This document shows, one piece after another, positions 49,347 through 60,074 of a stretch of DNA of 64,000 nt. Location of the stretch: contig CAWJEN010000006.1 in NCBI GenBank assembly GCA_963841915.1, positions 864,001 through 928,000 of the forward strand, in the 5' to 3' direction. Below the pieces are notes generated by a model. That model saw only the letters and a program-made list of their open reading frames with translations. It ran no database searches and was not told the DNA's origin. Position numbers and translations under genes: made by a program. Each line of letters opens with the position of its first letter. The stretch's first letter is position 1. The DNA comes from an uncultured Planctomycetota bacterium (GTDB lineage: Bacteria > Planctomycetota > Phycisphaerae > Tepidisphaerales > Tepidisphaeraceae).

Positions 49347-50369
49347 TCAACGGTTGCGGTCGCTGCCTTGGAACAAGGCGCTGACGCTGCGGTTTTGGTG
49401 GATACGACGGATCGCCTCGCCCAGGAGCGGCGCGACGCTGAGCGTCGTGAGTCGATCGCGGATCGGGTCGAGGCGGCTGCCTTGTGGAATCGTGTCGCTG
49501 ACGGCAATTTGCGTGAAGTCGCACTCGGACAGTCGCTGGACTGCAGGTCCGGCAAAGACGCCGTGGGTAGCGGCCATGTAGACATCGCCTGCGCCATTCC
49601 GGCGAAGGATGTCGATCGCGCTGGCAACCGTGCCGGCCGTCGAAATCATGTCGTCGACCATCACGACAGTTTTGTCGCGAACGTCACCGATGATGTGGAC
49701 GGCTTCTGCCTCTTCGCCGCTGTGGCGACGCTTGTCGATGATGCTGAGCTTCGCCCCGTTCTGGTCGGCGTACATCTGCGTCCGCTTGACGTTGCCGACG
49801 TCGGGACTGACAAAGACCCATCCGGCGTCGTCCTTCATGCCGAGGCTGTCGAACCAGCCACTGAAGACCGGCCCAGCCGTCAGGTGGTCGACAGGAATAT
49901 CGAAAAAGCCCTGCACCTGGGCCGCATGCAGGTCGACGCTGACGACGCGGTCGCAGCCTGCCCGCTCGATAAGATTGGCGACCAGCTTGGCCGTGATCGG
50001 CACGCGGCCCTCGTCCTTGCGGTCTTGACGGGCGTAGCCGAAGTACGGAATGACGGCCGTCACGCGGCCGGCGCTGGCCCGCTTGAGCGTGTCGATCCAG
50101 ATGAACAGCTCCATGAGGTGTTCATTAGCCGGGTTGCAGGTCGGCTGGACAATGAAGCAGTCCTTGCCGCGAACGTCATCATCGATCTTGACGATCATCT
50201 CGCCGTCGGGGAACTTCGGAACGATCGCCCGGCCCATCTCGACATTGAGATACTGCGCGATGCTCCGGGCAAGCTTCGGGTTGGCAGTCCCGGCAAAGAG
50301 CTTGAGCTGTTCGGGCGGCTCGAGATTGGGCGAGAAATTAGAGGCGGAGGCACCCGTCGAAACGCTCAT
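49347..50369 (-). CDS. prs: Ribose-phosphate pyrophosphokinase
   Basis: FPDGE, PYFGYARQDRK, VDDMISTAGT. Confidence 0.96.
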   Translation of the reverse strand: MSVSTGASASNFSPNLEPPEQLKLFAGTANPKLARSIAQYLNVEMGRAIVPKFPDGEMIVKIDDDVRGKDCFIVQPTCNPANEHLMELFIWIDTLKRASAGRVTAVIPYFGYARQDRKDEGRVPITAKLVANLIERAGCDRVVSVDLHAAQVQGFFDIPVDHLTAGPVFSGWFDSLGMKDDAGWVFVSPDVGNVKRTQMYADQNGAKLSIIDKRRHSGEEAEAVHIIGDVRDKTVVMVDDMISTAGTVASAIDILRRNGAGDVYMAATHGVFAGPAVQRLSECDFTQIAVSDTIPQGSRLDPIRDRLTTLSVAPLLGEAIRRIHQNRSVSALFQGSDRNR

Positions 50370-51349
50370 GACAAGGTCCCTTCCAGCGGCTGAAGCGATT
50401 GACGAGCATTACCGGCAACGATGTCGCCGTCGGGAACAATGCCGTTACGGACAACGGTGGCAAACGGGCCGATTGTGCAACTATGACCGATTCGCGAGCC
50501 GCGACCGACGTGACTGAACGGCAGGATCTGCGAGTCGCGACCGACGACGACGCCGTGCTCGATCCAAGTGGTTCGCGGGTCGACGATACCGACGCCCTCT
50601 GCCATGACAGCCGCCTGGATCCGCTCCTGCATGACCCGGCCGGCCTCTGCGAGCTGATGACGATCGTTGGGCGCGACGATGTCGCCCGCCCCGACGCAGG
50701 GCACTGCCTGTACGAGCCCACCCGCCTCACGGGCGAGGTGGAAGATGTCGGTGAAGTAGTACTCGCCCTTGGCGTTGTCGTTCGAAAGCTTGCCGAGCGC
50801 GTCCTTCATGGCCGCCACGTTGCCGCAGGTGACGCTGGGGAAGACTTCGCGAATCTGCCGCTGCTCGGGCGTGGCGTCGAGTTCTTCGACGATGTGGGAG
50901 AAGCCGCCATCGCCGTCGCGGACGACGCGGCCATATCCGAACGGGTTTGGCAGCTTTGCAGTCGCAAGCGACAGCGCCGCGTCATGCTGCCTGTGTTGCT
51001 GGAGCAGCTCAATCAGCGACGCCCCTCGGATCAGCGGCAAGTCACCGGCGAGCACGATGACGTCGCCTTCGTCGGGCAGCTCGTCCGTTGTCACCTGGAC
51101 CGCGTGTCCGGTGCCAAGTTGCTCTTTTTGCTCGACGAAAACGATCCGCTCGTCACCTCTGAAGGCGTCGATGACCTGTTCTTTGCCATGACCGACGACG
51201 ACGACCACGCGATCGGCCCCGGCATCGAAGGCGGCGTCGAGCAGGTAGCCGAGCATCGGTCGGCCGCACACCTCGTGCAGCGGCTTCGGCAACGCCGATT
51301 TCATCCGCGTGCTTTTACCCGCGGCGAGAATGACGGCTGACGTGGGCAA
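50366..51349 (-). CDS. glmU: GlmU-like UDP-GlcNAc pyrophosphorylase with short beta-helix tail
   Basis: ILAAGKSTRMKS, EQLGTGHAV, GYGRVVR, GEYYFTD; TTG start assumed. Confidence 0.85.
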   Translation of the reverse strand: MPTSAVILAAGKSTRMKSALPKPLHEVCGRPMLGYLLDAAFDAGADRVVVVVGHGKEQVIDAFRGDERIVFVEQKEQLGTGHAVQVTTDELPDEGDVIVLAGDLPLIRGASLIELLQQHRQHDAALSLATAKLPNPFGYGRVVRDGDGGFSHIVEELDATPEQRQIREVFPSVTCGNVAAMKDALGKLSNDNAKGEYYFTDIFHLAREAGGLVQAVPCVGAGDIVAPNDRHQLAEAGRVMQERIQAAVMAEGVGIVDPRTTWIEHGVVVGRDSQILPFSHVGRGSRIGHSCTIGPFATVVRNGIVPDGDIVAGNARQSLQPLEGTLS

Positions 51350-51357
51350 GGCAGAAG

Positions 51358-51449
51358 TGCTGAATAAAGAAATGCTGAGTGATGAATGCCGAAGGAAAGC
51401 CGTGCCGTCTCTGGCATTCATCGCTCATCATTCTCTCGCTCACCAATTC
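51358..51449. repeat. Inverted heptamer-repeat cassette (ATGCTGA-type unit)
   Basis: atgctga/gtgatga/atgccga ... ggcattc/atcgctc/atcattc; 14/15-bp inverted core 51376-51390 vs 51413-51427. Confidence 0.65.
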
Positions 51450-51455
51450 TGGCGA

Positions 51456-51526
51456 TTACCCCGCAGGGATTCGAACCCCAACTAGCTGTACCAAAAACAG
51501 CTGTGCTACCGTTACACCACGGGGTA
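51456..51526 (-). tRNA. tRNA-Gln(TTG)
   Basis: TACCCCG/CGGGGTA acceptor, GCTGT-TTTTGGT-ACAGC anticodon arm, GGTTCGAATCC. Confidence 0.95.
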
Positions 51527-51644
51527 GTGGCTGGTTGTCGCAGACATGTGCCGAGCGGCGAGAGGCGACGCACGACGGCGACGCGGGTGATGAGACCGTC
51601 CCGTCTACCCACTTGCCTCGGCAAGCCTCTCGACGGCGGACGCC

Positions 51645-51672
51645 AGTTTAGCCCGCTTCGTCGTCCGATCAA
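51645..51672 (-). promoter_or_regulatory. Putative promoter of the tRNA-Gln-glmU-prs operon
   Basis: TTGATC-N16-TAAACT on the minus strand. Confidence 0.45.
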
Positions 51673-51742
51673 GAACGTTGTCACGACGTCAAGAAGCCCC
51701 CGAGCCTAATGACCGTCAGCACCGCCCGTCTACGGTGCGGCT

Positions 51743-52801
51743 GTGAAGATCGTCTTCCTGGGCCTCTCGATCACGTCCTCCTGGGGCAATGGCCACGCGA
51801 CGACGTTTCGTGGCCTGGTTCGGGAGCTTTGCGAACGTGGGCACGATGTGACGTTCCTGGAGCGTGACAAGCCGTGGTATGCCGACAACCGCGACCTGCC
51901 AAAGCCGCCGTTCGGAACGACGATGCTGTACGACTCGCTGGATGAACTGACGGACCACGCGACGTTGGTTCGTGACGCCGACGCGGTGATTGTCGGCAGC
52001 TACGTGCCGGAGGGTGTCGCCGTCGCCACCTGGGCGTTTGCGACGGCGAGCGGGCCGGTCTGCTTTTACGACATCGACACGCCGGTCACGCTCGCCAAGC
52101 TGCGGCGGGGCGACTTTGAGTACCTTGACCCGAAGCATATTCCGCGGTTCGACGCCTATTTCAGCTTCACAGGCGGGCCGACGCTGGATGTGCTGGAGCA
52201 AGAGTTCGGCAGCCCGAAGGCCCTGCCGTTGTTCTGCAACGTCGATCGCCTGGCGTACCACCCGCAGGACACGTCGGTGAAGTACGACCTGTCGTACCTG
52301 GGCACGTACAGCGACGACCGTCAGCCGACGCTGGAGCGGTCGCTGATCGAGCCGGCACGGGCGTGGAGCAACGGACGATTCTGCGTCGCCGGGCCGCTCT
52401 ACCCAGAGTCGATGCAATGGCCGGATAACGTGGAGCGGGTGAATCACCTGCCACCGAGCGAGCATCGGGCGTTTTACAATGCCAGTCGGTGGACGCTGAA
52501 TGTGACGCGGCAGGACATGATCGCCGCCGGCTGGTCACCGAGCGTGCGGCTCTTCGAGGCAGCCGCGTGCGGCACGCCGGTCGTCAGCGACCGGTGGGAC
52601 GGCCTGTGTGACTTCTTTGAGATCGGCAGCGAGATCCGGGTAGCAGACACAGCCGACGAGGCGTTGTCGATCATCCGCGACACGCCTTGTGACGAAGCAA
52701 AAGCGATCGGCGAGGCCGCCCGGGCGAAGGTGTTGTCGCACCACACCGCTGCCAAGCGGGCGGAGGAGCTCGAGCGCTATCTGCTGGACCTTCGTTCTTG
52801 A
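51743..52801 (+). CDS. CgeB-family glycosyltransferase
   Basis: LSITSSWGNGHAT, YDIDTPVT, SPSVRLFEAAACG. Confidence 0.85.
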   Translation: MKIVFLGLSITSSWGNGHATTFRGLVRELCERGHDVTFLERDKPWYADNRDLPKPPFGTTMLYDSLDELTDHATLVRDADAVIVGSYVPEGVAVATWAFATASGPVCFYDIDTPVTLAKLRRGDFEYLDPKHIPRFDAYFSFTGGPTLDVLEQEFGSPKALPLFCNVDRLAYHPQDTSVKYDLSYLGTYSDDRQPTLERSLIEPARAWSNGRFCVAGPLYPESMQWPDNVERVNHLPPSEHRAFYNASRWTLNVTRQDMIAAGWSPSVRLFEAAACGTPVVSDRWDGLCDFFEIGSEIRVADTADEALSIIRDTPCDEAKAIGEAARAKVLSHHTAAKRAEELERYLLDLRS

Positions 52802-52955
52802 GGAAGCCCCCGAGCCGTGAACCACTTGTCTGCTACGCGTGAAGCGTCGGGAAATCCGCCGCCGGTTGACCGGCGGCAACTTTGCCTTCTAATGATGCGC
52901 ACCACCGCACCGCGTCCAACCAACGCGTCAGCAGCCAACGACTCACCCACGACAC

Positions 52956-55121
<2,166 letters not shown>

Positions 55122-55146
55122 ATCTTCCCACCGTAAGGGTTAAATT

Positions 55147-55181
55147 AAACGAGCCGGGAGCGTCAGGCTCCCGGCTCGTTT
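55147..55181 (+). terminator. Intrinsic terminator after glutamine synthetase
   Basis: 15-bp stem aaacgagccgggagc/gctcccggctcgttt. Confidence 0.8.
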
Positions 55182-55282
55182 GTGCAGCGGACATCAGCCG
55201 CAGCGACAGGTGGACGATCCCCTGATCGTGTTAATCTGGGGAAGCTGCATTGACTGTTCGTGGACGTGTCGTAGACTCCTTG

Positions 55283-55334
55283 TAATCTCTCCCCTCGCCC
55301 CGAGGCTCACCTTTCTGGTGGCCTCGGGGCTTTT
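55283..55334 (+). ncRNA. Candidate ~50-nt small RNA
   Basis: TTGACT-N16-TAGACT (55250-55277), CU-rich 5' part, then gccccgaggc/gcctcggggc hairpin + TTTT. Confidence 0.35.
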
Positions 55335-55343
55335 CGTTGGAGT

Positions 55344-57425
55344 TCAGGCACCTCGCGGTGTCGGCGGCTGGCGGACGCCCTGCGACGGCATGATGCGGCG
55401 GATCGCCGGGGGCACGAAGCCGTCGACCCAAAGCACCGCCACCGTGTCGTCGCCGAACGCAACGCAAAGCCGACCGGCCGGGTCCATCCAAGCCAACCTT
55501 GCCGGACGGGGCGGCAACAGTTCATCAAAATTCGTCGCCGATCCGTCCGCGTTGAACCGCGTCAGACGCCCCGGCCGATCGAGCACAAACACGCGGCCTT
55601 GGTCATCGGGCACCAGCCACACGTCCTGCGACCCCGAGCGACCCTCCAGCGGCACCCGCATCTCGCCGATCACAAGGTCGCTGCCGTCGACGCGGGCAAT
55701 GCGTCCGTCTGACAAGACTGTAGAGCCCGGCACCTCGGCCCTGTTGGCGATGGCCGCTTCGTCGTCGAGGGTCTCCCACGCCTCACCGGCGAGACGCCAG
55801 ACGCCACCGAGCCGCATCGCCGGATAGCCGTCAGGCCCGCGACCGGCCGTGCCCGGCACGCCCAGCGGTCCGGCCGGGCCGGTGCTGATGACCCAGATGT
55901 CAGGCTCGGCATTGGCTCGCGGCAGGCGCGGGTCGACGAGCAGCGATTGGCCGTCCCTTGTGAACAGCCACCGTCCGCGGTTGTCACGACCGATGATCGC
56001 GTCGATCTCGCCCGCGTCCTTTGACAACAGCGGCTGAAAGTGGTTCACGCCCCACAGACTCGGCGGCAGATCGTCCTGCAGGCTCACGAAGTCGCCTCCG
56101 AAAGACAGTAACTTGCCACCCGACTCGGCCTCGATACGGAGGCGATCAGGCAGCAGACCGATGCGTTGGCCAGGCTGAATGACGACGTAGCCGGGCTTTT
56201 TAACGACACCCACGCCCGCGACTTCCTGCACCTCAACGCCTTCGACGAATCTCAAGATCACGCCGCCGTTCTCGAGTCGCGAGGCAACTTCTACCGGACC
56301 GGGCATGGTGTACATGCCGCCGAGCGTCGGCTCGTCGAGCGTGCCGCCGATGAGGCGGTCGATTTCGCGACCGGCGAGACGCTTGACAGTTGGCCTAAGT
56401 ACTTCGAGCACCGGCACCGCCGACGGTCCCATCGCCTCGAGCTGTGCCGAGGCGGCGAGCCGGCGGGTGTTGTCCATCTGCGACAACTCCTCGACCAGCC
56501 GCTCGATCGCCTCGCGGTCTGCCGGCTTCGTCGCCAGTTGGAGCAGCGTCAGCGTCGCATCGGCCTCGATCTGCAACACTGAGCCGTCGCCATACGGCAC
56601 AAAGTGGACGGCGTCGGACGACCAGCCGTCCGCTTCTGCGAGTGGCTGCCACGCCGACCCGTCGAAGTAGGCGACGGCCGCGCCTGTCCGCCATGCCAGC
56701 ACACCGTCCGCCGCCGGGAGCAATTGCGTCTGACCGGTGTCGTCTGCCGACCAGTTCATAACGATGACGCGGCCGTCGGCGTCGGGACGTTGGCTGCTCG
56801 CTTCCTGCCCGAATCGGCGGCGATACTGCTTGACGTCCTCGGGCTCGTCGACCAGCTCGATCACCGTCGCTCCGGCATCTGTCGGCACGACGACCGAGTC
56901 TCCCGACGGCACCGCCCGGGAGAAGTCGGGCTCAACACCAATGGCAAACGCGGCTGACCCTGTCGCGTGGTGCCACCGGTAGCCGTTGCTGTCGGTCGTG
57001 ATGGCCTCGACGAACCGCTCGTCGCCCCGGCGGACGTTGCGGGTGTAGAGGACCTGGGCGTCGACGACGAACTCGGTCGCGATCCACGCGTCGGCATCTG
57101 TGGCGATGTCCGATAACGAACGGCCGTCGGGGTGCGTGACCCACAGGCAGCCGACGGCGTCGATGAGGACCGGGCGATGCAAGGTCGCCACAGCCGCGTT
57201 GGCCAGCGGGAGCGGCTCATCCAGCAAAGCCTCCGTCGGCAGCTCAGGCAACACCTCGCGGACGGCGTCCATGTACGTCGCTGGCCCGGCCGGTTGCGTC
57301 GCCGGGACGGTGGTCGGCTGTGTCGCCGGCGGAGTCGGTGGCGGTTCTGGTAGCACCGGCGGCTCGGGTTCCTCGCAGCCGACGAGGACGATCAAGAGGA
57401 CACACAGGAGATTCCGCACCATCAC
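55344..57425 (-). CDS. Hypothetical lipoprotein
   Basis: Lipobox LVGC, Pro-rich ATQP linker, short HEAT-like segment; start could be a few codons downstream. Confidence 0.7.
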   Translation of the reverse strand: MMVRNLLCVLLIVLVGCEEPEPPVLPEPPPTPPATQPTTVPATQPAGPATYMDAVREVLPELPTEALLDEPLPLANAAVATLHRPVLIDAVGCLWVTHPDGRSLSDIATDADAWIATEFVVDAQVLYTRNVRRGDERFVEAITTDSNGYRWHHATGSAAFAIGVEPDFSRAVPSGDSVVVPTDAGATVIELVDEPEDVKQYRRRFGQEASSQRPDADGRVIVMNWSADDTGQTQLLPAADGVLAWRTGAAVAYFDGSAWQPLAEADGWSSDAVHFVPYGDGSVLQIEADATLTLLQLATKPADREAIERLVEELSQMDNTRRLAASAQLEAMGPSAVPVLEVLRPTVKRLAGREIDRLIGGTLDEPTLGGMYTMPGPVEVASRLENGGVILRFVEGVEVQEVAGVGVVKKPGYVVIQPGQRIGLLPDRLRIEAESGGKLLSFGGDFVSLQDDLPPSLWGVNHFQPLLSKDAGEIDAIIGRDNRGRWLFTRDGQSLLVDPRLPRANAEPDIWVISTGPAGPLGVPGTAGRGPDGYPAMRLGGVWRLAGEAWETLDDEAAIANRAEVPGSTVLSDGRIARVDGSDLVIGEMRVPLEGRSGSQDVWLVPDDQGRVFVLDRPGRLTRFNADGSATNFDELLPPRPARLAWMDPAGRLCVAFGDDTVAVLWVDGFVPPAIRRIMPSQGVRQPPTPRGA

Positions 57426-57534
57426 ACCTTACCGCAAACGGCGGTGTAGATGCGACAGGCACAAGCAACGCAACGACACCGGCCCGGCAACAAAGTTGCC
57501 GGGCCGTCGCGGGTGGGGGGTCTGTATGTATTGC

Positions 57535-58239
57535 TTACTTCCTGTCGCCACCACCACCGCCGCGGCCGCCGCGACCGGGACGCATGGCGTCGATGTCGAT
57601 GCCGCGCTCCTTGGCCCGCTTCATGAGTGCGGCCATGAACTCGACGCGTTGGGCTTGGTTGGCACTGTTGCCACCGTCGCGACCGCCGGGGCCTCCACGG
57701 CCGCCACGCTCACCGCCGCCTTCGCGACCTTCGCGGTCCGGGCGACCTTCGCCACCTTCACCGCCGCGACGGCCTTGGCCGCCTTCACGATCACCGCGTT
57801 CGCGACCTTCGCCATTGGCTTCACGCTCGGCCCGACGCTTCTCCATCTCCTTCATCATTTTCTGCATCTCGTCGATCGTCTCGTCGAGGTACTTGTCACG
57901 CTCTTCGATGGGCGTCTTGAAGTAGTTGTCGACCCGCTCCTGGGCCTTTTGCCGGAACTCGGCCCGGCGGGCGATGCGTTGTGCCTCGGGCTCGAGGGCG
58001 GCCTTCTCCTCTTCGGTGAGCGAGGCCATCCGCTCCATCGCCTGTCGACGCTGGTCTTCGGTCATCGACTCGCGGTTTTCCCGCATGTCCTTGGCGAGCT
58101 GGTTCGGCTCGGCCTGGCTCAGGTCGGCCTCGGTGTCCCACAGCGCCCACGCGGCACCGCCGGCGGCGAGGAGAGCGACAAGGCCCAGCAGCGCGGTACG
58201 GCGGCGGGCGGGAGACTCGGTGGTGGTGGTGTGGGTCAT
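57535..58239 (-). CDS. Membrane-anchored helical hypothetical protein with Gly/Arg-rich tail
   Basis: One TM, charged helices, GGR repeats. Confidence 0.7.
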   Translation of the reverse strand: MTHTTTTESPARRRTALLGLVALLAAGGAAWALWDTEADLSQAEPNQLAKDMRENRESMTEDQRRQAMERMASLTEEEKAALEPEAQRIARRAEFRQKAQERVDNYFKTPIEERDKYLDETIDEMQKMMKEMEKRRAEREANGEGRERGDREGGQGRRGGEGGEGRPDREGREGGGERGGRGGPGGRDGGNSANQAQRVEFMAALMKRAKERGIDIDAMRPGRGGRGGGGGDRK

Positions 58240-58289
58240 GGTGGTTCTCCGACAGGTCAAAAGTTCAGGGGAAAGGCGGGCGAAGCGGC

Positions 58290-58991
58290 TTACTTCTCGT
58301 CGCGACGCAGTTGGCTTGCAATGTCTTCACGAGGTCCGGCCGACCAGTCGGAAAAGAGGTACTGGCGGCCGTCTTCGCTCCCGCGGGTGTGGAAAGCGGC
58401 GTGGTCACGGAAGAGCCACAGCTGGCGTCCACGAGCTCGGCCGTCGTCGCCGCGAGCTTCTTCGCGTTGTTTGTGATCCGCCAAGACGTCGAGAAACTTG
58501 TCGCCCTCGCGGAATGCGTTCACGAACGGGTTGTAGTCGTAGCTCGTCCCGTACGCGTCGCCGTAGCGCGTGATGCCGTTGTTGTTGACGTAATCGACGA
58601 CGGCAGCGTCTCGGGTGTCTTCAGCACTGATGTCCAGCAGCGTGTCGCTGGGGCATTGCCACGCACCGCTGTCCTGGTCGATCTGCTTCTCGAAGGTCTC
58701 CAGGAGCGACGGGAACTCGTTGTAAGGCGGGTTGGCGTAGGCGATCGGCTGTGTGTTGTAGAGCGGGTTGCTGAAGGGCAGCGGATTGACCCGCGGCACC
58801 CGGCCACCACTTTGCTCGAGGTACAGGTTGAAGCTGTTGCCAAGCTCCCGCAGGTTGCTCAGGCAGACCGTCGCCTGGGCCGAGGCCCGGGCCCGACTCA
58901 GCGTCGGAATCAGGATGCCGACGAGCAGGGCGATGATGCCGATGACGACGAGGAGCTCGACGAGGGTAAAGGCTTTCGGCCGCGGGTGCAT
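58290..58991 (-). CDS. Prepilin-type N-terminal cleavage/methylation protein (DUF1559-like)
   Basis: KAFTLVELLVVIGIIALLVGILIPTL, CLSNLR, CPSD, YLFSDW. Confidence 0.88.
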   Translation of the reverse strand: MHPRPKAFTLVELLVVIGIIALLVGILIPTLSRARASAQATVCLSNLRELGNSFNLYLEQSGGRVPRVNPLPFSNPLYNTQPIAYANPPYNEFPSLLETFEKQIDQDSGAWQCPSDTLLDISAEDTRDAAVVDYVNNNGITRYGDAYGTSYDYNPFVNAFREGDKFLDVLADHKQREEARGDDGRARGRQLWLFRDHAAFHTRGSEDGRQYLFSDWSAGPREDIASQLRRDEK

Positions 58992-59019
58992 GACAACTAC
59001 AACGTTGCCATCGCCGGGG

Positions 59020-60000
59020 TTATTCCGCCGCGTCGTCCAAAAAATCTACGCGGTGCAGGTCGATGAGGCCGATTCCCAAACCCAGCAGGTACTGGTCGTC
59101 GTGAATTGAGACGTCGTCCAGCACCTCAGCGACCTTCACGGCACTGACGCTGTCGGCGTAGCCGACGTAGTAGGCGAAGCTGTCGGCGTCATCCTCGAGC
59201 AGACCGGCCGCCTCGTTGACAAGGTCAAGGTACGTCGCCTCTTCGTCCGCCAGCAGGTGCAGTCGGCTGCGGTGCAGCAGCAGGATCGCCGTCGACGGGT
59301 CAGGCATCTGGCGGGCCACGTCGATGACCTGGTCCAGCAACTTGGTCTCACCGGCAAGGGTGTAGTACCAGGCGACCTGCTCGAAGTCGTAGTTGTTGTT
59401 GGCGTTGACGATCGCGTTGGCCAAGGCCTTACCTGCCTCGGCCTCGGCCGCTTCCGGGTCGCCGCGGAGCAGCAGCAACTGGGCGGCAAACCCGTACTCG
59501 AAAGCTGCCTCGTCACTGCCGGGCGCCTGCGTCGGCAGGTCCAGGAGCGTGCGGTAGACGTAAGTGGCGATGTAGCCGTCTTCGTCTAGCAGCGCCTCCG
59601 GGTGGTCGAGCAAGGTCTTTGCGAGGTCGTCGTCCTTCCGCGAGGCGATGGTGATGAGGGCCGTGTCGATCAGGTAGGGCTTGGTGACGAAGCTGTCGTC
59701 GTCGGCCTGCGACGCATCGAACGCCTCCATGGCAGCATCGATGTCGCCGACTTCGGCAAGGGCGACGGCCCGATCGACATTGTCGGCCGCCATCGCGTCA
59801 GCCACCCGGCGGCCCGAGTCGAGGTCGCCCAGGTTGGCGTAGATCGAGGCGGCGACCGAGCGGAAGGCGTCGGGATCGTCGGCCGTTGGCGCGGCGGCTT
59901 CGATGTCCTTCGCCAGCGACTCGGCCGCCTGCCACGCATCGGACGACGCGGCAACCGGAAACACAGCGAGCAAGACGAAGGCAAACAGGCACCTGAACAT
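59020..60000 (-). CDS. Secreted helical-repeat hypothetical protein
   Basis: Signal peptide MFRCLFAFVLLAVFPVAAS; acidic Ala-rich helices. Confidence 0.65.
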   Translation of the reverse strand: MFRCLFAFVLLAVFPVAASSDAWQAAESLAKDIEAAAPTADDPDAFRSVAASIYANLGDLDSGRRVADAMAADNVDRAVALAEVGDIDAAMEAFDASQADDDSFVTKPYLIDTALITIASRKDDDLAKTLLDHPEALLDEDGYIATYVYRTLLDLPTQAPGSDEAAFEYGFAAQLLLLRGDPEAAEAEAGKALANAIVNANNNYDFEQVAWYYTLAGETKLLDQVIDVARQMPDPSTAILLLHRSRLHLLADEEATYLDLVNEAAGLLEDDADSFAYYVGYADSVSAVKVAEVLDDVSIHDDQYLLGLGIGLIDLHRVDFLDDAAE

Positions 60001-60074
60001 GGCCGCAACAGCATCTGCGCAAGCGGCCCCGGCGTCAATCCATCTGAAACGACCCGGCATGATATAGTGACGGC

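Noticed and set aside
52817..52955. Glutamine riboswitch upstream of glnA
   Set aside because: Only a short GC hairpin; I could not recognise the glnA-motif consensus (an Rfam search would settle it)
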